DNA of 48,610 nt from Promethearchaeota archaeon (GCA_048939765.1 JBHLPF010000019.1:26234-74843), one strand, 5' to 3'; shown: positions 11,060 through 21,377, counted from the first letter of the stretch. Program-made: numbers and translations. Notes: generated by a model from the letters alone, not told the origin.

Positions 11060-12156
11060 CCATGCCCGGTTCTGATTCGCGGATCAATGAATCCGTAGAG
11101 AATGTCAATCAGGAAGTTGCCGACGACAATGATGATTATTATGACCATAAAGCAGCCAAAAATCAGTGGATAGTCATAATTGAAGACGGCATTGTAGAGC
11201 AACAAGCCGATACCCGGCCACCCAAAGACGATTTCGATTACCAATGTCTGTCCTATGATGCCATTGAATACCATGTTTAGGCCAGTCAATTGTGGCAAAA
11301 TGGCGTTTCTTTGAGTATAAGACATCAATTTCCTGTTTTTGAATCCCAGCTGTTCGCCGTAGCGCACGTAGCCAGCGTCCATCTCATGAGTCACCATTGA
11401 CCTCATTCCGGTGGCCCACGCGCCCACATACACTACCAACAACGTTAGAAAGGGCAGAAACCAGTGCGCCAAAAGATCCAAGAAATAGCTGATGCTCAAG
11501 GAGGGTATCACCCCCTGGGTGGCGGCTCCGATTGGCGGAATGCTATGAAAGAGCAATACGTAAAGGAATATGATGACCAATCCAAACCAGAATGGTGGTA
11601 ATTGATTACAAAAGACCAGAGCGAAATAACTCGTTTCGTTTAGCTTACCCTTAAGATACGCTGCTCTGGCTCCGATCCAGTTTCCCACGAAGAAACTCAC
11701 GAATAATACGGGGATTGCTAAAGACAATGTATATGGCAAATAGTATTGGATGATAGTGAAAGCGAATACTGGATAGAAATGATATGACTGTCCCAGATTG
11801 CCAGTAAAGAAATTCCCAAGGAATATGACAAACCGCTCCTGGATTGGTTTGTCAAGACCGAAGTATTCCCTCATTATTTCTGCCAATGCATCGATATCTG
11901 CTCCTGGTGGGGGATTTCCGCTGGCAATCATTACAGCTACGGGATCACCCGGCATGGATTCAATAACGATAAACACCAGCGAAACTGAAAAGAACACAAC
12001 AACCAAGTAGAAGCCAGCCTTCCTAAGCACGAATTTCGCGTAAGAACTGAGGAGTAGCTCCTTCAGTTTCGATAGAAAGTGACCAGATGATGGTTCTTCA
12101 TCGGTAGTGGGGGTCGAGTTCTTCTCATTCACCTGAGAGGTTGTGCGTTTTTTCAT
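11056..12156 (-). CDS. oppB: ABC permease (OppB-like)
   Basis: MPGDP, FGLDKP, GNLGQS, EIVFGWPGIG, DYPLI, IDPRIR. Overlaps oppC by 4 nt (ATGA). Confidence 0.9.
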   Translation of the reverse strand: MKKRTTSQVNEKNSTPTTDEEPSSGHFLSKLKELLLSSYAKFVLRKAGFYLVVVFFSVSLVFIVIESMPGDPVAVMIASGNPPPGADIDALAEIMREYFGLDKPIQERFVIFLGNFFTGNLGQSYHFYPVFAFTIIQYYLPYTLSLAIPVLFVSFFVGNWIGARAAYLKGKLNETSYFALVFCNQLPPFWFGLVIIFLYVLLFHSIPPIGAATQGVIPSLSISYFLDLLAHWFLPFLTLLVVYVGAWATGMRSMVTHEMDAGYVRYGEQLGFKNRKLMSYTQRNAILPQLTGLNMVFNGIIGQTLVIEIVFGWPGIGLLLYNAVFNYDYPLIFGCFMVIIIIIVVGNFLIDILYGFIDPRIRTGHG

Positions 12157-12194
12157 CTCCTGACCTCCTGGCTATCTCCCCTTCTGTCGAATGA

Positions 12195-14561
12195 CTAGCC
12201 CATTGTGATTGATATCTTATGCATCTTGCCATCAGAGAACACTGGGAGTAGATTGGTTTCGAACGGTTTATCATCTACGTGAATAGCTTCAATACCCTTT
12301 GAAACGCCATTGCGATTAGAGAACGTGATGTCATAGGTTGAGTCCCTAAACTGACGAGTCATCTTGAAACTCCTCCATGATGTCGGCACACATGGATCAA
12401 CAAGCAATCCTTGATATTGAGGCCGTACCCCAAGTATCCAGTCAGTCGCCGCCTTCATCATCCAGGATGCAGTACCGGTGAGCCAAGATTGCCTTGCCAT
12501 GCCAAATGCATGGTGATCTTTCCCTGCAATGGTCTGAGCATAGACATATGGTTCAGCCTCGTGAATAGATGCCATTCCATTCTTGGTCGGTGGTGCAAGC
12601 TTTCTATAATACTCATAGGCCTGGTTGCCACGTCCAATCATGCATTCAGCAATGATTGCCCAAGCATTTGCATGACTCCAGATAGACGCATTCTCTTTCA
12701 AGCCTGGCGCATAGCTTGAGAGCGCACCGATTTCCTGATAGAATCTGGAATATGCTGGACTCAATAGGATTAGTCCATATTCAGTATCAAGATGATTCTT
12801 CGCAGAGTCCATAGATCTAATTCCTCTTTCACCAGAAGCTATGCCACTGAGAATAGACCAGGCTTGAGCATTGAGGAATATCTTGCCTTCCTTGCATTTC
12901 TTACTGCCGAGCGGATTTCCAGAATCATCGAATGCACGAATGTACCAATCACCATCCCACGCTATCGTATTCAGATTGTCCTTAGTTCTCCTTGCGAGGT
13001 CGCTGTACATTTTGTCTTCAGCAGACTTGCCTGTCTCTCTGCTTAATTCTGCCAACTCCATCAGTGACTTATGCAACAGCATTGCTGCGAAGATGCTCTC
13101 TGCGGCATTATTCGGACCCGGTATGCTAAGAGGGTCATTCCAATCTGCAGTTCCAAGTAGTGGTAGATCGTGATTCCCCATTTGACTTCCTGCAAAGTCA
13201 ATGGATCTCTGCAAATGTCGATAAAGATTGACTGGAGGCCCATCAACGAACTCAATGTCCTCATCGAGAATGCCAATATCCCCTGTTTCTTTGATATATT
13301 CCACAACAGCAGGTATCAGCCACAAGTGGTCATCACTGAAGAACTGCATGTCCTCCTTGACATAATATGGGAATCCACCTTCGCCTGTTAGAGGGAAGTA
13401 GATGTGATAGACTCTTCCGCTATCAAATTGGGTCTTTGCGAGGTCAATTATCCTCTGTCTAGCCCTCGAAGGAAACGCACGCACCACCCCAAGAATATCC
13501 TGACTGCAATCCCTGAATCCCATTCCTCTCCCGATTCCTGTTTCATAGAATGAGACATATCTCGACCAATCGAAAGTAATTCGGCATTGATACTGATTCC
13601 AGACATTCACAATTCTATCAAAGTCTGGTTCATCGGTTTCAACTCGCAGCTTGTTTAGGTATGAATTCCAGCTATCCCGCAGTTTCTCAAGCGCCTTCTC
13701 CACATTTGCAGCAACTGTGAACCTCTCAATCAACCTTTCTATTTCCGCCTTCCTTGGAGTGACGCCAAGAACATAGATGATAGTCTTTGACTCCATTGGT
13801 TTTAACGTGATAGAACTGCATGTTGCGGCAATGGGGTTCCCTCCGATTGCTTCCGAACCAAAGCAATCTCCCCTTTCTACAGCTTCAGGATTGGACTCGT
13901 CCCGATACATGCCGATGAATGACTTTCTAGAACAGTCAAAGCTATCGTTCTTCAGATTCGAAGCAAAGAATGCATAGCCTGTGCTCTCATCAAAGAAATG
14001 ATACAAGATGGCATTCTTGTTGTAGCGCGAGATCCCGACAAACTGGATAGATTGTAGATCATTTTGGTCCCGAGGCGCTTGCCACAAACAGAACTCAGTA
14101 TATGAGAACACCTTCAGATACCTGTCTTGTGAGGAGGAATTCCTGAGTGTGACAATCCAAATCTCTAGGTTATGGTCAATAGGTACGAAGTATTTTGTTT
14201 CAGAATCTATACCAGAGTAGGAGGAAGAGATTATCGTATACCCAAGCCCATGCCTACACTCATAATTGTCAAGATTAGTCAGAGTTGGCTGCCACGATGG
14301 AGACCAGTATTCTCCAGTCCTGCTGTCTCTGACGTAAATGTATCTCCCTGGTCTGTCTGTTGGCATGCTATTGTATCGATAGCGTGTGATTCTTCTGTCT
14401 CTTGGATCAATATGAAAGCTATATCCTCCAGCCGTGTTCGAGATCATCGCGCAGTATTCGTTGTTGCCGAGGTAGTTGATCCAAGGTGTAGGAGTATCTG
14501 GTCTAGTAATGATATACTCCTTGTTGTCTTCTGAGAAGTGTCCATACTCCAAATCAACCAC
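12195..14561 (-). CDS. GH94 glycoside phosphorylase (cellobiose phosphorylase-like)
   Basis: EYIITRPDTPTPWINYLG, GIGRGMGFRD, FSDDHLW, DWND (catalytic Asp), GLKENA, SWLTGTASW. The GRGMGFRD variant resembles cellobiose rather than chitobiose phosphorylases (from memory). Confidence 0.9.
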   Translation of the reverse strand: MVDLEYGHFSEDNKEYIITRPDTPTPWINYLGNNEYCAMISNTAGGYSFHIDPRDRRITRYRYNSMPTDRPGRYIYVRDSRTGEYWSPSWQPTLTNLDNYECRHGLGYTIISSSYSGIDSETKYFVPIDHNLEIWIVTLRNSSSQDRYLKVFSYTEFCLWQAPRDQNDLQSIQFVGISRYNKNAILYHFFDESTGYAFFASNLKNDSFDCSRKSFIGMYRDESNPEAVERGDCFGSEAIGGNPIAATCSSITLKPMESKTIIYVLGVTPRKAEIERLIERFTVAANVEKALEKLRDSWNSYLNKLRVETDEPDFDRIVNVWNQYQCRITFDWSRYVSFYETGIGRGMGFRDCSQDILGVVRAFPSRARQRIIDLAKTQFDSGRVYHIYFPLTGEGGFPYYVKEDMQFFSDDHLWLIPAVVEYIKETGDIGILDEDIEFVDGPPVNLYRHLQRSIDFAGSQMGNHDLPLLGTADWNDPLSIPGPNNAAESIFAAMLLHKSLMELAELSRETGKSAEDKMYSDLARRTKDNLNTIAWDGDWYIRAFDDSGNPLGSKKCKEGKIFLNAQAWSILSGIASGERGIRSMDSAKNHLDTEYGLILLSPAYSRFYQEIGALSSYAPGLKENASIWSHANAWAIIAECMIGRGNQAYEYYRKLAPPTKNGMASIHEAEPYVYAQTIAGKDHHAFGMARQSWLTGTASWMMKAATDWILGVRPQYQGLLVDPCVPTSWRSFKMTRQFRDSTYDITFSNRNGVSKGIEAIHVDDKPFETNLLPVFSDGKMHKISITMG

Positions 14562-14812
14562 AGAAAAGTTAGACTACTGCGTAGGAGTATTAACTCTTGT
14601 CGGATTCGTCTTGAAATCTTTTCGGCCATTCACCGTTTTAGGCATGATTACTTCCTAACGTCCGGTGCAATTTTCGTAACATACTACGGTCTCTGAAAGG
14701 AAATCGCTATCGATGAGGAACCATTTGTATGTCTATCTTGCTATCCGAAAATACTTATCAATAATTTCGGTGAACCAATCATTGCACCGAATACTTTTCG
14801 GAGATTGATACT

Positions 14813-15319
14813 ATGTCTAGACAGCGTCAATCGCCCATTGATGAAACGGATCTCAAGATACTTGAGCTGTTACAGGAAGACTGTAAGCTTGGTGTACAGA
14901 AGATATCCCAAACGGTGGACAAAGGTATCTCAACGGTTCATGCCAGAATCAAGGCATTGGAACAGAAGTCTATCATTAGGCAGTACAGCGCAATCCTTGA
15001 CCCACTATTACTTGACCGATCAACACTCGCATTGATTTTTGTCACAATAAGATATCGAGTACCAAATCAACCTGATCTTCTCTCCCAAAGGGAATTCTGT
15101 GAGGAGATATCTAAACACCCCTTTGTTCAAGAGGTATTTGTCTTGAGTGGTCAATTTGATGTCTTTCTGAAAGTTCGTACCAGAGACGTCGAAGAGATGA
15201 ATAGCTTCATTGTAGATTTTCTTCGAGAATTGCCTGCAGTGGAGAGAACCTTAACGATGTTCGTCATGGAGAACTTCCTTGAAACTCAGGAGCTGCGCAA
15301 ACTAACAGGTAAAGGCTAG
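14813..15319 (+). CDS. Lrp/AsnC family transcriptional regulator
   Basis: IDETDLKILELLQED HTH start, STVHARIKALE, C-terminal RAM domain (LSGQFDVFLKVRTRD). Confidence 0.92.
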   Translation: MSRQRQSPIDETDLKILELLQEDCKLGVQKISQTVDKGISTVHARIKALEQKSIIRQYSAILDPLLLDRSTLALIFVTIRYRVPNQPDLLSQREFCEEISKHPFVQEVFVLSGQFDVFLKVRTRDVEEMNSFIVDFLRELPAVERTLTMFVMENFLETQELRKLTGKG

Positions 15320-15330
15320 AATCCGCAACC

Positions 15331-15831
15331 CTACGCCTCTCCTTGCACGCCATAATATGTCATCATGTTGACATCTGCACCTGCGAGCTTCAAGTACATC
15401 CATAGCTGCATCTTGTGCATCGAGATATGGGTGGTAAACTCCGCGAAATAGTGTTCCCAGCTCTTCTTCTCCTTCTGTTCATAGAATGGCTGCATGGTTG
15501 CTGCAAGGAATTCGTCATCAGACATGCCTGTGAACTGCTTCTTGACCGATTCCACTCCTTCATCAAAGACAGAAATCATCCCCGCAATGTCATCACGCAA
15601 TAGCTCCTTCTCCCTTGCTTGAATCTGTTCCATACTCTCAAGTTCGCCTCTGTACACTGATGGGTCCATCAATGGTGTCTGGGCAAGGTGGTTTGCGAGT
15701 TCCTTCAGGTTTCTCATTCCTTCTCTAGGCGTGAAACCAAGGTCAATCCCTTTTGCACATTCGAGAACAACCCGTGCTTGCTTACTCTCATGAATAAACA
15801 TCTTCAACATACTGTCGGATATGTTTGGCAT
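15331..15831 (-). CDS. DinB family protein
   Basis: FTPREGMRNLKELANHL and C-terminal HISMHKMQLWMYLK (HxxxH). Confidence 0.8.
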   Translation of the reverse strand: MPNISDSMLKMFIHESKQARVVLECAKGIDLGFTPREGMRNLKELANHLAQTPLMDPSVYRGELESMEQIQAREKELLRDDIAGMISVFDEGVESVKKQFTGMSDDEFLAATMQPFYEQKEKKSWEHYFAEFTTHISMHKMQLWMYLKLAGADVNMMTYYGVQGEA

Positions 15832-15941
15832 TTGATCGCCTCCTTTTCTTCAGAGTAAGCTGTAGGATTAAAGATAATCGCTCAAAGCGACCGAGTTCTT
15901 TATGCCTCAGATTGTCTTCAGATTTGGTTGGCGGTTCAAGC

Positions 15942-16530
15942 ATGTCTGTGGAATGGGACTATCCTGAGCCAAGGGAAGGCCTTGCTGGGCAGTGGGACAC
16001 GTTCATCGGACCTGGTGCAACAAGGGCTGAGAGTGCACTAATGTTGGGTTTTGGCCTGGCAGCTGGAATCCTTTTGCTTGTCTATCAATATATTGATGGG
16101 TTGGGACATCTTGCAGCAAATCGTGGCTGCGTTATTGACCTTCGACCTGGTTGGAGGAGTGGTTTCGAACTCTACATCTGCCACCAAACGCTGGTATCAT
16201 AGAGAGGGACAGGGGTTCAAGGAACACATGGGGTTCATAGCTTTCCATTTCGTCCATCCATTGTTGATTGTTATATTCTTCATGTCATTCGACTGGATCT
16301 ACTTCGCATTTGTCTATGGATACCTCATGGTTTCAGCTGTGGTTGTTCTTCTGTCACCGCTATATATCAGACGTCCAGTTTCAATTGTGATGTTCTTGGG
16401 AGCACTGGTTGCGAACATCTACCTTCTTATTCCTGCTCCTGGATTCGAATGGTTTGTACCTGTCCTATTCCTCAAACTCATCGTTGGTCATGCAGTAAAG
16501 GAGGAACCCTATCGACCTCGAGAGAACTGA
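15942..16530 (+). pseudogene. Conserved-looking membrane protein split by a frameshift near 16095-16108
   Basis: Frame A from ATG 15942 gives MSVEWDYPEPREGLAGQWDTFIGPGATRAE...YIDGLG. Frame B continues WDILQQIVAALLTFDLVGGVVSNSTSATKRWYHR to 16530. Together they read as one ~195-aa polytopic membrane protein. Confidence 0.7.
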
Positions 16531-16546
16531 CTCATGCAGAATAGAA

Positions 16547-17128
16547 TCAAGACTGAATCTTGCCCTTCAACTCTGATAGTTGCTTACGGATATTGAACTC
16601 GTGGAGCATTCTGCCAATTCGTTGTTCACGAGCCGTCCCTTCTAATGGCTCGTATCCATAGAGAAATGCGTCAAGAGAATCAACATCTTTCAGGAGCTCT
16701 GCGTAAGGTAATTCTGTCACACTACTCTTGTCACTGTGGTCCCGAACAGCCTGATAGATAATTGCGACCTCAGCATTTGAGATTTCACCCAGCTGAGCTC
16801 CCCATTTCTTGTTGTATTGTTCTACTATCTCATGAATGTATTCCTTAGCTCGCGGACCATGATCTTCATACTCATTCGTGTGAAGTGTGTAGACATCATG
16901 GAATGCACACACAAGACCCGCAAGCTCGGGATTGAGACCGCGCTGTAATGCTACGACTTTTGCCAGTTGGGTCGTGGAATACATATGGGCGGCTCCCCAT
17001 ACGATCGGGGTCTCTCGTTTCTCTTCTTTGGATAGGTCTTCTATCCTGGATTGTAGAATAGCTAGAACGCGATTAAGTCTCCAGACTGGTAGTCCAGCTT
17101 CAGGGCTCCTCTTGCTAAGAATTGGCAT
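16547..17128 (-). CDS. HD-domain metal-dependent phosphohydrolase
   Basis: AAHM...FHDV...DH...LKDVDSLD pattern. Confidence 0.8.
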   Translation of the reverse strand: MPILSKRSPEAGLPVWRLNRVLAILQSRIEDLSKEEKRETPIVWGAAHMYSTTQLAKVVALQRGLNPELAGLVCAFHDVYTLHTNEYEDHGPRAKEYIHEIVEQYNKKWGAQLGEISNAEVAIIYQAVRDHSDKSSVTELPYAELLKDVDSLDAFLYGYEPLEGTAREQRIGRMLHEFNIRKQLSELKGKIQS

Positions 17129-17169
17129 TAAATCCCCTCAATGAAGTCCAGTCATCATGTCCCTATTCA

Positions 17170-17760
17170 CTACTTATCTCTGCTCTTCTTTCTCTTTGGA
17201 ATGAACATGCCCGTCCTCTCTCTATAGTCAATGTAGTCCTGACCATATCGTATGGCAAGGTCTCTCTCCTCGACAATGCAGAAGTAATAGAATGTCGGAA
17301 AGAAGACCAATGAGAGAACTGCTAGCAATGGGGAGTTGAGATATATCGCGATGATCAGTCCCAGCCAGACTTCTCCTAGGGCTTGAGGATGTCTAATCTT
17401 CTCATATATCCCGCCGTAGAGCGTATGCTCCTTCTTTGGAATCAGGGTTTCCTCGCCTGCATCTCTAGCTCCGATGTACATGAGATACATACTTGGTATG
17501 AGAATTACCGTTGCTATCACTGCAGTTATCCAATAGTCCCAAGGGAAGAAGTCAGGTAATGGCGTGGACAATGGATAGAAGTAGTAGATGGTATAGTTCA
17601 GAAACATGAGATAGTAAGCTGCCGTCGCTATCTTCCTGTTCCTGGCACTCTTCTCGTATGCAATTTCTCCAATCTGTTGTTCCAGGTAAGCTGGACTGAC
17701 GCTCCATATGTAAAACACGCTGGAGATGACAATCATGAAACCTAGTGCTAAGAAGTTCAA
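17170..17760 (-). CDS. Isoprenylcysteine carboxyl methyltransferase / PEMT family membrane methyltransferase
   Basis: Multiple TM segments, GIYEKIRHPQALG, EERDL, YGQDYIDYRERTGMFIP. TTG start. Confidence 0.88.
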   Translation of the reverse strand: MNFLALGFMIVISSVFYIWSVSPAYLEQQIGEIAYEKSARNRKIATAAYYLMFLNYTIYYFYPLSTPLPDFFPWDYWITAVIATVILIPSMYLMYIGARDAGEETLIPKKEHTLYGGIYEKIRHPQALGEVWLGLIIAIYLNSPLLAVLSLVFFPTFYYFCIVEERDLAIRYGQDYIDYRERTGMFIPKRKKSRDK

Positions 17761-17966
17761 GACATCTATCGTAATGATGCACCTATTCTAGTCCAGATGG
17801 CATTCAGGATTTAAACACGAGGGAGCTGTCTCCTGCCTCTTGACCAATGTTAATTAATGCACATGAGAAATAGTTGATGTACGAAACGAAGGCAAAATGA
17901 AACGGGAGGCGGAATCCACCGCTGAGTCATCGAGAAGAAAAAGATACGGATAATTTCGGTTGGTTA

Positions 17967-18734
17967 GTGCATCTAGCTTCAGAGGATGATGATGATTATG
18001 TTCCCATCGTCTTCAATGAGGAACCGAATAGCGACCCGAATCCTAGGGGTAGACAATTGGGGAGGAGGCCCACCTCACCCTTGGCAATCCTCATGTTCGC
18101 CATGATGAGTCTATTCCTCATTCAATCCGCAGGAATTGCTTTCATTCAGATTGGAATTCCAATGTGGCTTGCCATCTTGATAGTGCCTGGTTCTCTTCTG
18201 GGGAGTCTGGTGAATATCCCGCTCTACACTATTAAGGCAGAATCCTCTCAGGTAGTGGGGGCACCTTACATATCTGACTGGGGGTTCAGTTTTCAGGTGT
18301 TTCGGCCCAACACCCCTAGCGAAACCAAGGTAAGCATCAACCTAGGCGGCGCTGTGATACCTATGATAGTTAGTGGATATCTCATCCTCCTGAATCTCCT
18401 ATCTGTTGTTCCAATTCTATTCGCCACGACTGCAGTGACCATTGCCGTTCATCTAATCGCAAGGATTGAGCCAAACATGGGAATTGTCACTCCTGCCCTC
18501 TTGCCACCGCTTGCCGCTGTTATAGCGACTTTGGCTGTAGGATTGATCTTCCCTGGAATCATCAACCTGTACGCAATCGCCTACATATCAGGAACAATGG
18601 GAACTCTCATTGGTGCGGACTTCTTGAATCTTGGAAAGCTGTCACAGCTAAAGACAGACACCGCATCCATTGGTGGAGCAGGAACCTGGGATGGAGTGTT
18701 CCTCACAGGAATACTGGCTGTTGTTCTCTTGTAG
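17967..18734 (+). CDS. DUF1614 family membrane protein
   Basis: LLGSLVNIP, INLGGAVIP, GTLIGAD, SIGGAGTWDGVFLTGILAV. Start uncertain. Confidence 0.88.
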   Translation: MHLASEDDDDYVPIVFNEEPNSDPNPRGRQLGRRPTSPLAILMFAMMSLFLIQSAGIAFIQIGIPMWLAILIVPGSLLGSLVNIPLYTIKAESSQVVGAPYISDWGFSFQVFRPNTPSETKVSINLGGAVIPMIVSGYLILLNLLSVVPILFATTAVTIAVHLIARIEPNMGIVTPALLPPLAAVIATLAVGLIFPGIINLYAIAYISGTMGTLIGADFLNLGKLSQLKTDTASIGGAGTWDGVFLTGILAVVLL

Positions 18735-18741
18735 TCCTGAG

Positions 18742-20043
18742 CTATTGAATGCCACACCACTCGAGCATGGTCTTTGCAATGACTTGAGACGTGTGCACAA
18801 TAGACTCAATGTTCACAAGTTCATCGAAGGAGTGGATTCTCTCGGCCAGGGGTCCACAGGTTATAGCAGGAATTCCATGATGCACAAAGTATCTTGTATC
18901 TAGACCCGATGAACCCCCAATGAAGTCTGGTTCCCGTCCAGCAACATGAATGATATTCCTTCTCACCAGTTGTACAAAGGCATTGTTTGCATCCAATTCG
19001 TGTGGCCGTGCTTTCCACCCAAACCAATCCACGACTGGAGGATTGTCCTTAAGCCACCCGTCTCCCTTTGCAGCTTCACGAATGGCATCCTCAACTTGTT
19101 TCATTACCTCTTCACGCGTTTCTCCAGGTGGAAATCCGATTCTACATTCTATCGTGCAGGAGCCAGGAACAGTGGATGGCCAATCACCAGCCCTGATGAC
19201 TCCAATATTGATCGTAGTGGCTCTTCCTTTCATTCTGGGATCTGTTTCGGCAAAGCTGTACCTTATTCTGGCTTGACGGTCTTCATGGAGTTTCTGTATA
19301 GCTGCTATTACTGGCATCATCTTCTGAACCGCATTCACGCCAAAATGGGCGGTGGCTGCATGCGCTGGCACACCTGGGACCGTCACTCGGAAATACATGA
19401 CTCCGGCACTAGCTAAGGTGATTGTGAGATTGCTTGGCTCTGGGACAAATGCTGCGTCGGTCTTAGGCCGTACCATTCTCATGTAGAGGACTCCTCCAAC
19501 CCCTCCGTCCTCCTCTTCGATGGTGGTTTCAACCTGGACATCGCCCTTCAACTTGATACCCTTCTGCTGAATCGCCTGTACGGCAAAAATCATGGCTGCA
19601 ACTCCCGCTTTCATATCGCCCGCGCCACGGCCATGAACATGGTTGTTAATGACGTCCCCCGACCAAGGATCGCGAGTCCATTTGTCCATCGGCTCTGGTG
19701 ATACGACATCTACGTGTCCGCTAAGGCAGATTGAGCGTCCGCCTCCCGCTCCCTTTAGAACTCCTCCTACATTAGGTCTGTTCTCGTACCCGTGCTTGAC
19801 AAAAGAGGTTGTTTCGAAGAAGTCCTTATGGCCCCGAAGTACTTTCTCATCAGGATTGAAGAAATCTGGATTAAGGGCCATCCGTTCTAGTTCTTTGTGC
19901 ACTCTTTTCTGAACTCCATATTCTTCTCCTGATATGCTGGGAATCCGCACCAAATCCTGTGTTAGATGTACGAGGCTCTCTTGATTCTCACTAATCCACT
20001 CTAGGATTGCGGTGGTCGTTGATTCATTCTGCTCATTTGCCAT
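18742..20043 (-). CDS. M20 family ArgE/DapE-like deacylase/amidohydrolase
   Basis: SGHVDVV, GRGAGDMKAG, IEEE, VPEP, AHAA, IHSFDE. ATG 20043 after AAGGA preferred over the 20181 ORF start. Confidence 0.9.
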   Translation of the reverse strand: MANEQNESTTTAILEWISENQESLVHLTQDLVRIPSISGEEYGVQKRVHKELERMALNPDFFNPDEKVLRGHKDFFETTSFVKHGYENRPNVGGVLKGAGGGRSICLSGHVDVVSPEPMDKWTRDPWSGDVINNHVHGRGAGDMKAGVAAMIFAVQAIQQKGIKLKGDVQVETTIEEEDGGVGGVLYMRMVRPKTDAAFVPEPSNLTITLASAGVMYFRVTVPGVPAHAATAHFGVNAVQKMMPVIAAIQKLHEDRQARIRYSFAETDPRMKGRATTINIGVIRAGDWPSTVPGSCTIECRIGFPPGETREEVMKQVEDAIREAAKGDGWLKDNPPVVDWFGWKARPHELDANNAFVQLVRRNIIHVAGREPDFIGGSSGLDTRYFVHHGIPAITCGPLAERIHSFDELVNIESIVHTSQVIAKTMLEWCGIQ

Positions 20044-20073
20044 TGATTCCTTCAGGCCTCCCTTTTCTCTCTC

Positions 20074-20213
20074 TGTACATACCCTTCGATTAAATCTGCT
20101 GTTCTTCTTCGAGATCTGAAATATGTACATGTTGGAACACAAAATCCCCCTGTATCTGCAGTACGGAGACCTTATGTTCACGCTCTCATGCTGGATACGC
20201 TATTGTGAACATA
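20074..20213. promoter_or_regulatory. Divergent promoter region (M20 gene / putative regulator) with TGWWCA hexamers and an inverted repeat
   Basis: TGTACA at 20074 and 20124. Minus-strand TGTTCC lies 10 bp from the 20124 copy. Inverted repeat TATGTTCAC (20173) ... GTGAACATA (20205). Confidence 0.45.
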
Positions 20214-20225
20214 CTTCTCGGGGCG

Positions 20226-21374
20226 ATGTTCATGGTCAAGGAACGAGGAAGATTATCAGACTCTGAGAGGCGACAGGGCACATCGTCGAGAGTGCATCTC
20301 CACACCACTATCTCTTCTGATGCACGCCAGTTGCTTCAAGATTTGGCTGGCGAAACTGGCCGTATAAATGATGTACTTGAAGATGCGGTCAATTTCTACA
20401 GCACTCGAAGAGAGATTCCAAGTTGTGACGAATGTGAGGCCATGGAAGTGTCAAGCCTTCGTAGGTCACTCATTGATTCTGCTGACATGGGTCTGGTGAG
20501 TTCCCAAGTTCTGTCAGTCCTTGCGCAGCTTGGATGTTCGGGTCAAGGCGCATCTGAACTAATCACTAGGCTGCAAAGAATCGGGCATCAGCATACTAAA
20601 CTGCTTCGCGGACTCGGAACTATCCCTCAGGAGATGTGGGGCAACTCCTTTGATTCATTCGTAAGTAATGTGAAGCTTTTGGAGAGAATGGGCATCTTTG
20701 GATCTGTAGAGATTCATCCTGAACGCAAGACTATCCTTGCAACGGCCAAGCTCATGCGTGAACAGCCAGAGATTCTCTTACTGATGCTCATTGCTGAATG
20801 GGATGAAGCAGGATATACGGTAGATGCCGAGGTTGTCGCCGAGAACAAAATTAGTGTGATGTGGGTTGACCCCCTCCTCTTTGACACAATCAAAGAAGAT
20901 CGCGATAAGCGGGTTATCAGTCTATGGCAGGAACGCAGAGAAGTCATGTTGATGCAAGCAGGCCAAAGCGGTGCTGTCACTTTGAGCCCTTCATTATTGG
21001 AATGGTTGTTGAATCATACAATCAAGGATGCGTTGGATGAAAGAACAGTTGTTAGTATTCGTGATCATATTGAACAAACAGATCCTCATGCGTCTGACAC
21101 TCCAACGAATATAGTTGACAGAGTGAAGCGGGTAGCATTGGGCGTTACTTCTCTTGGGCTCCTTGAGAAATGCGATGTACGATCTGAGAACGAGCTTACT
21201 CGAGTGCAACTTAGATCACGTACATCCTTCATGAAGGACTTGGGACTCAAGCTCCTCCTTGCACTACTACGATTTGAGGGCATTGACGAGTTCGCACGTG
21301 AAGAGGGTGTTTCAACTGCTGTTCTCTACTTTGGAGAGAAGCCTGAGATTGGCAGGAAATACCGTCTGGGTTAG
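20226..21374 (+). CDS. Hypothetical protein, putative transcriptional regulator (RHH-like N-terminus, CxxC, two repeated V4R-like domains)
   Basis: VHLHTTISSDARQLLQDLA...INDVLEDAVNFY fits a strand-helix-helix pattern. CDEC follows. Two similar blocks (LLERMGIFGSVEI / VTSLGLLEKCDV). Function is inferred. Confidence 0.5.
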   Translation: MFMVKERGRLSDSERRQGTSSRVHLHTTISSDARQLLQDLAGETGRINDVLEDAVNFYSTRREIPSCDECEAMEVSSLRRSLIDSADMGLVSSQVLSVLAQLGCSGQGASELITRLQRIGHQHTKLLRGLGTIPQEMWGNSFDSFVSNVKLLERMGIFGSVEIHPERKTILATAKLMREQPEILLLMLIAEWDEAGYTVDAEVVAENKISVMWVDPLLFDTIKEDRDKRVISLWQERREVMLMQAGQSGAVTLSPSLLEWLLNHTIKDALDERTVVSIRDHIEQTDPHASDTPTNIVDRVKRVALGVTSLGLLEKCDVRSENELTRVQLRSRTSFMKDLGLKLLLALLRFEGIDEFAREEGVSTAVLYFGEKPEIGRKYRLG

Positions 21375-21377
21375 TCA

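Noticed and set aside
14813-15319. Lrp as regulator of the GH94 operon or of the central regulon
   Set aside because: Only adjacency supports it. Lrp proteins usually sense amino acids, and no TGWWCA array is seen in 14562-14812.
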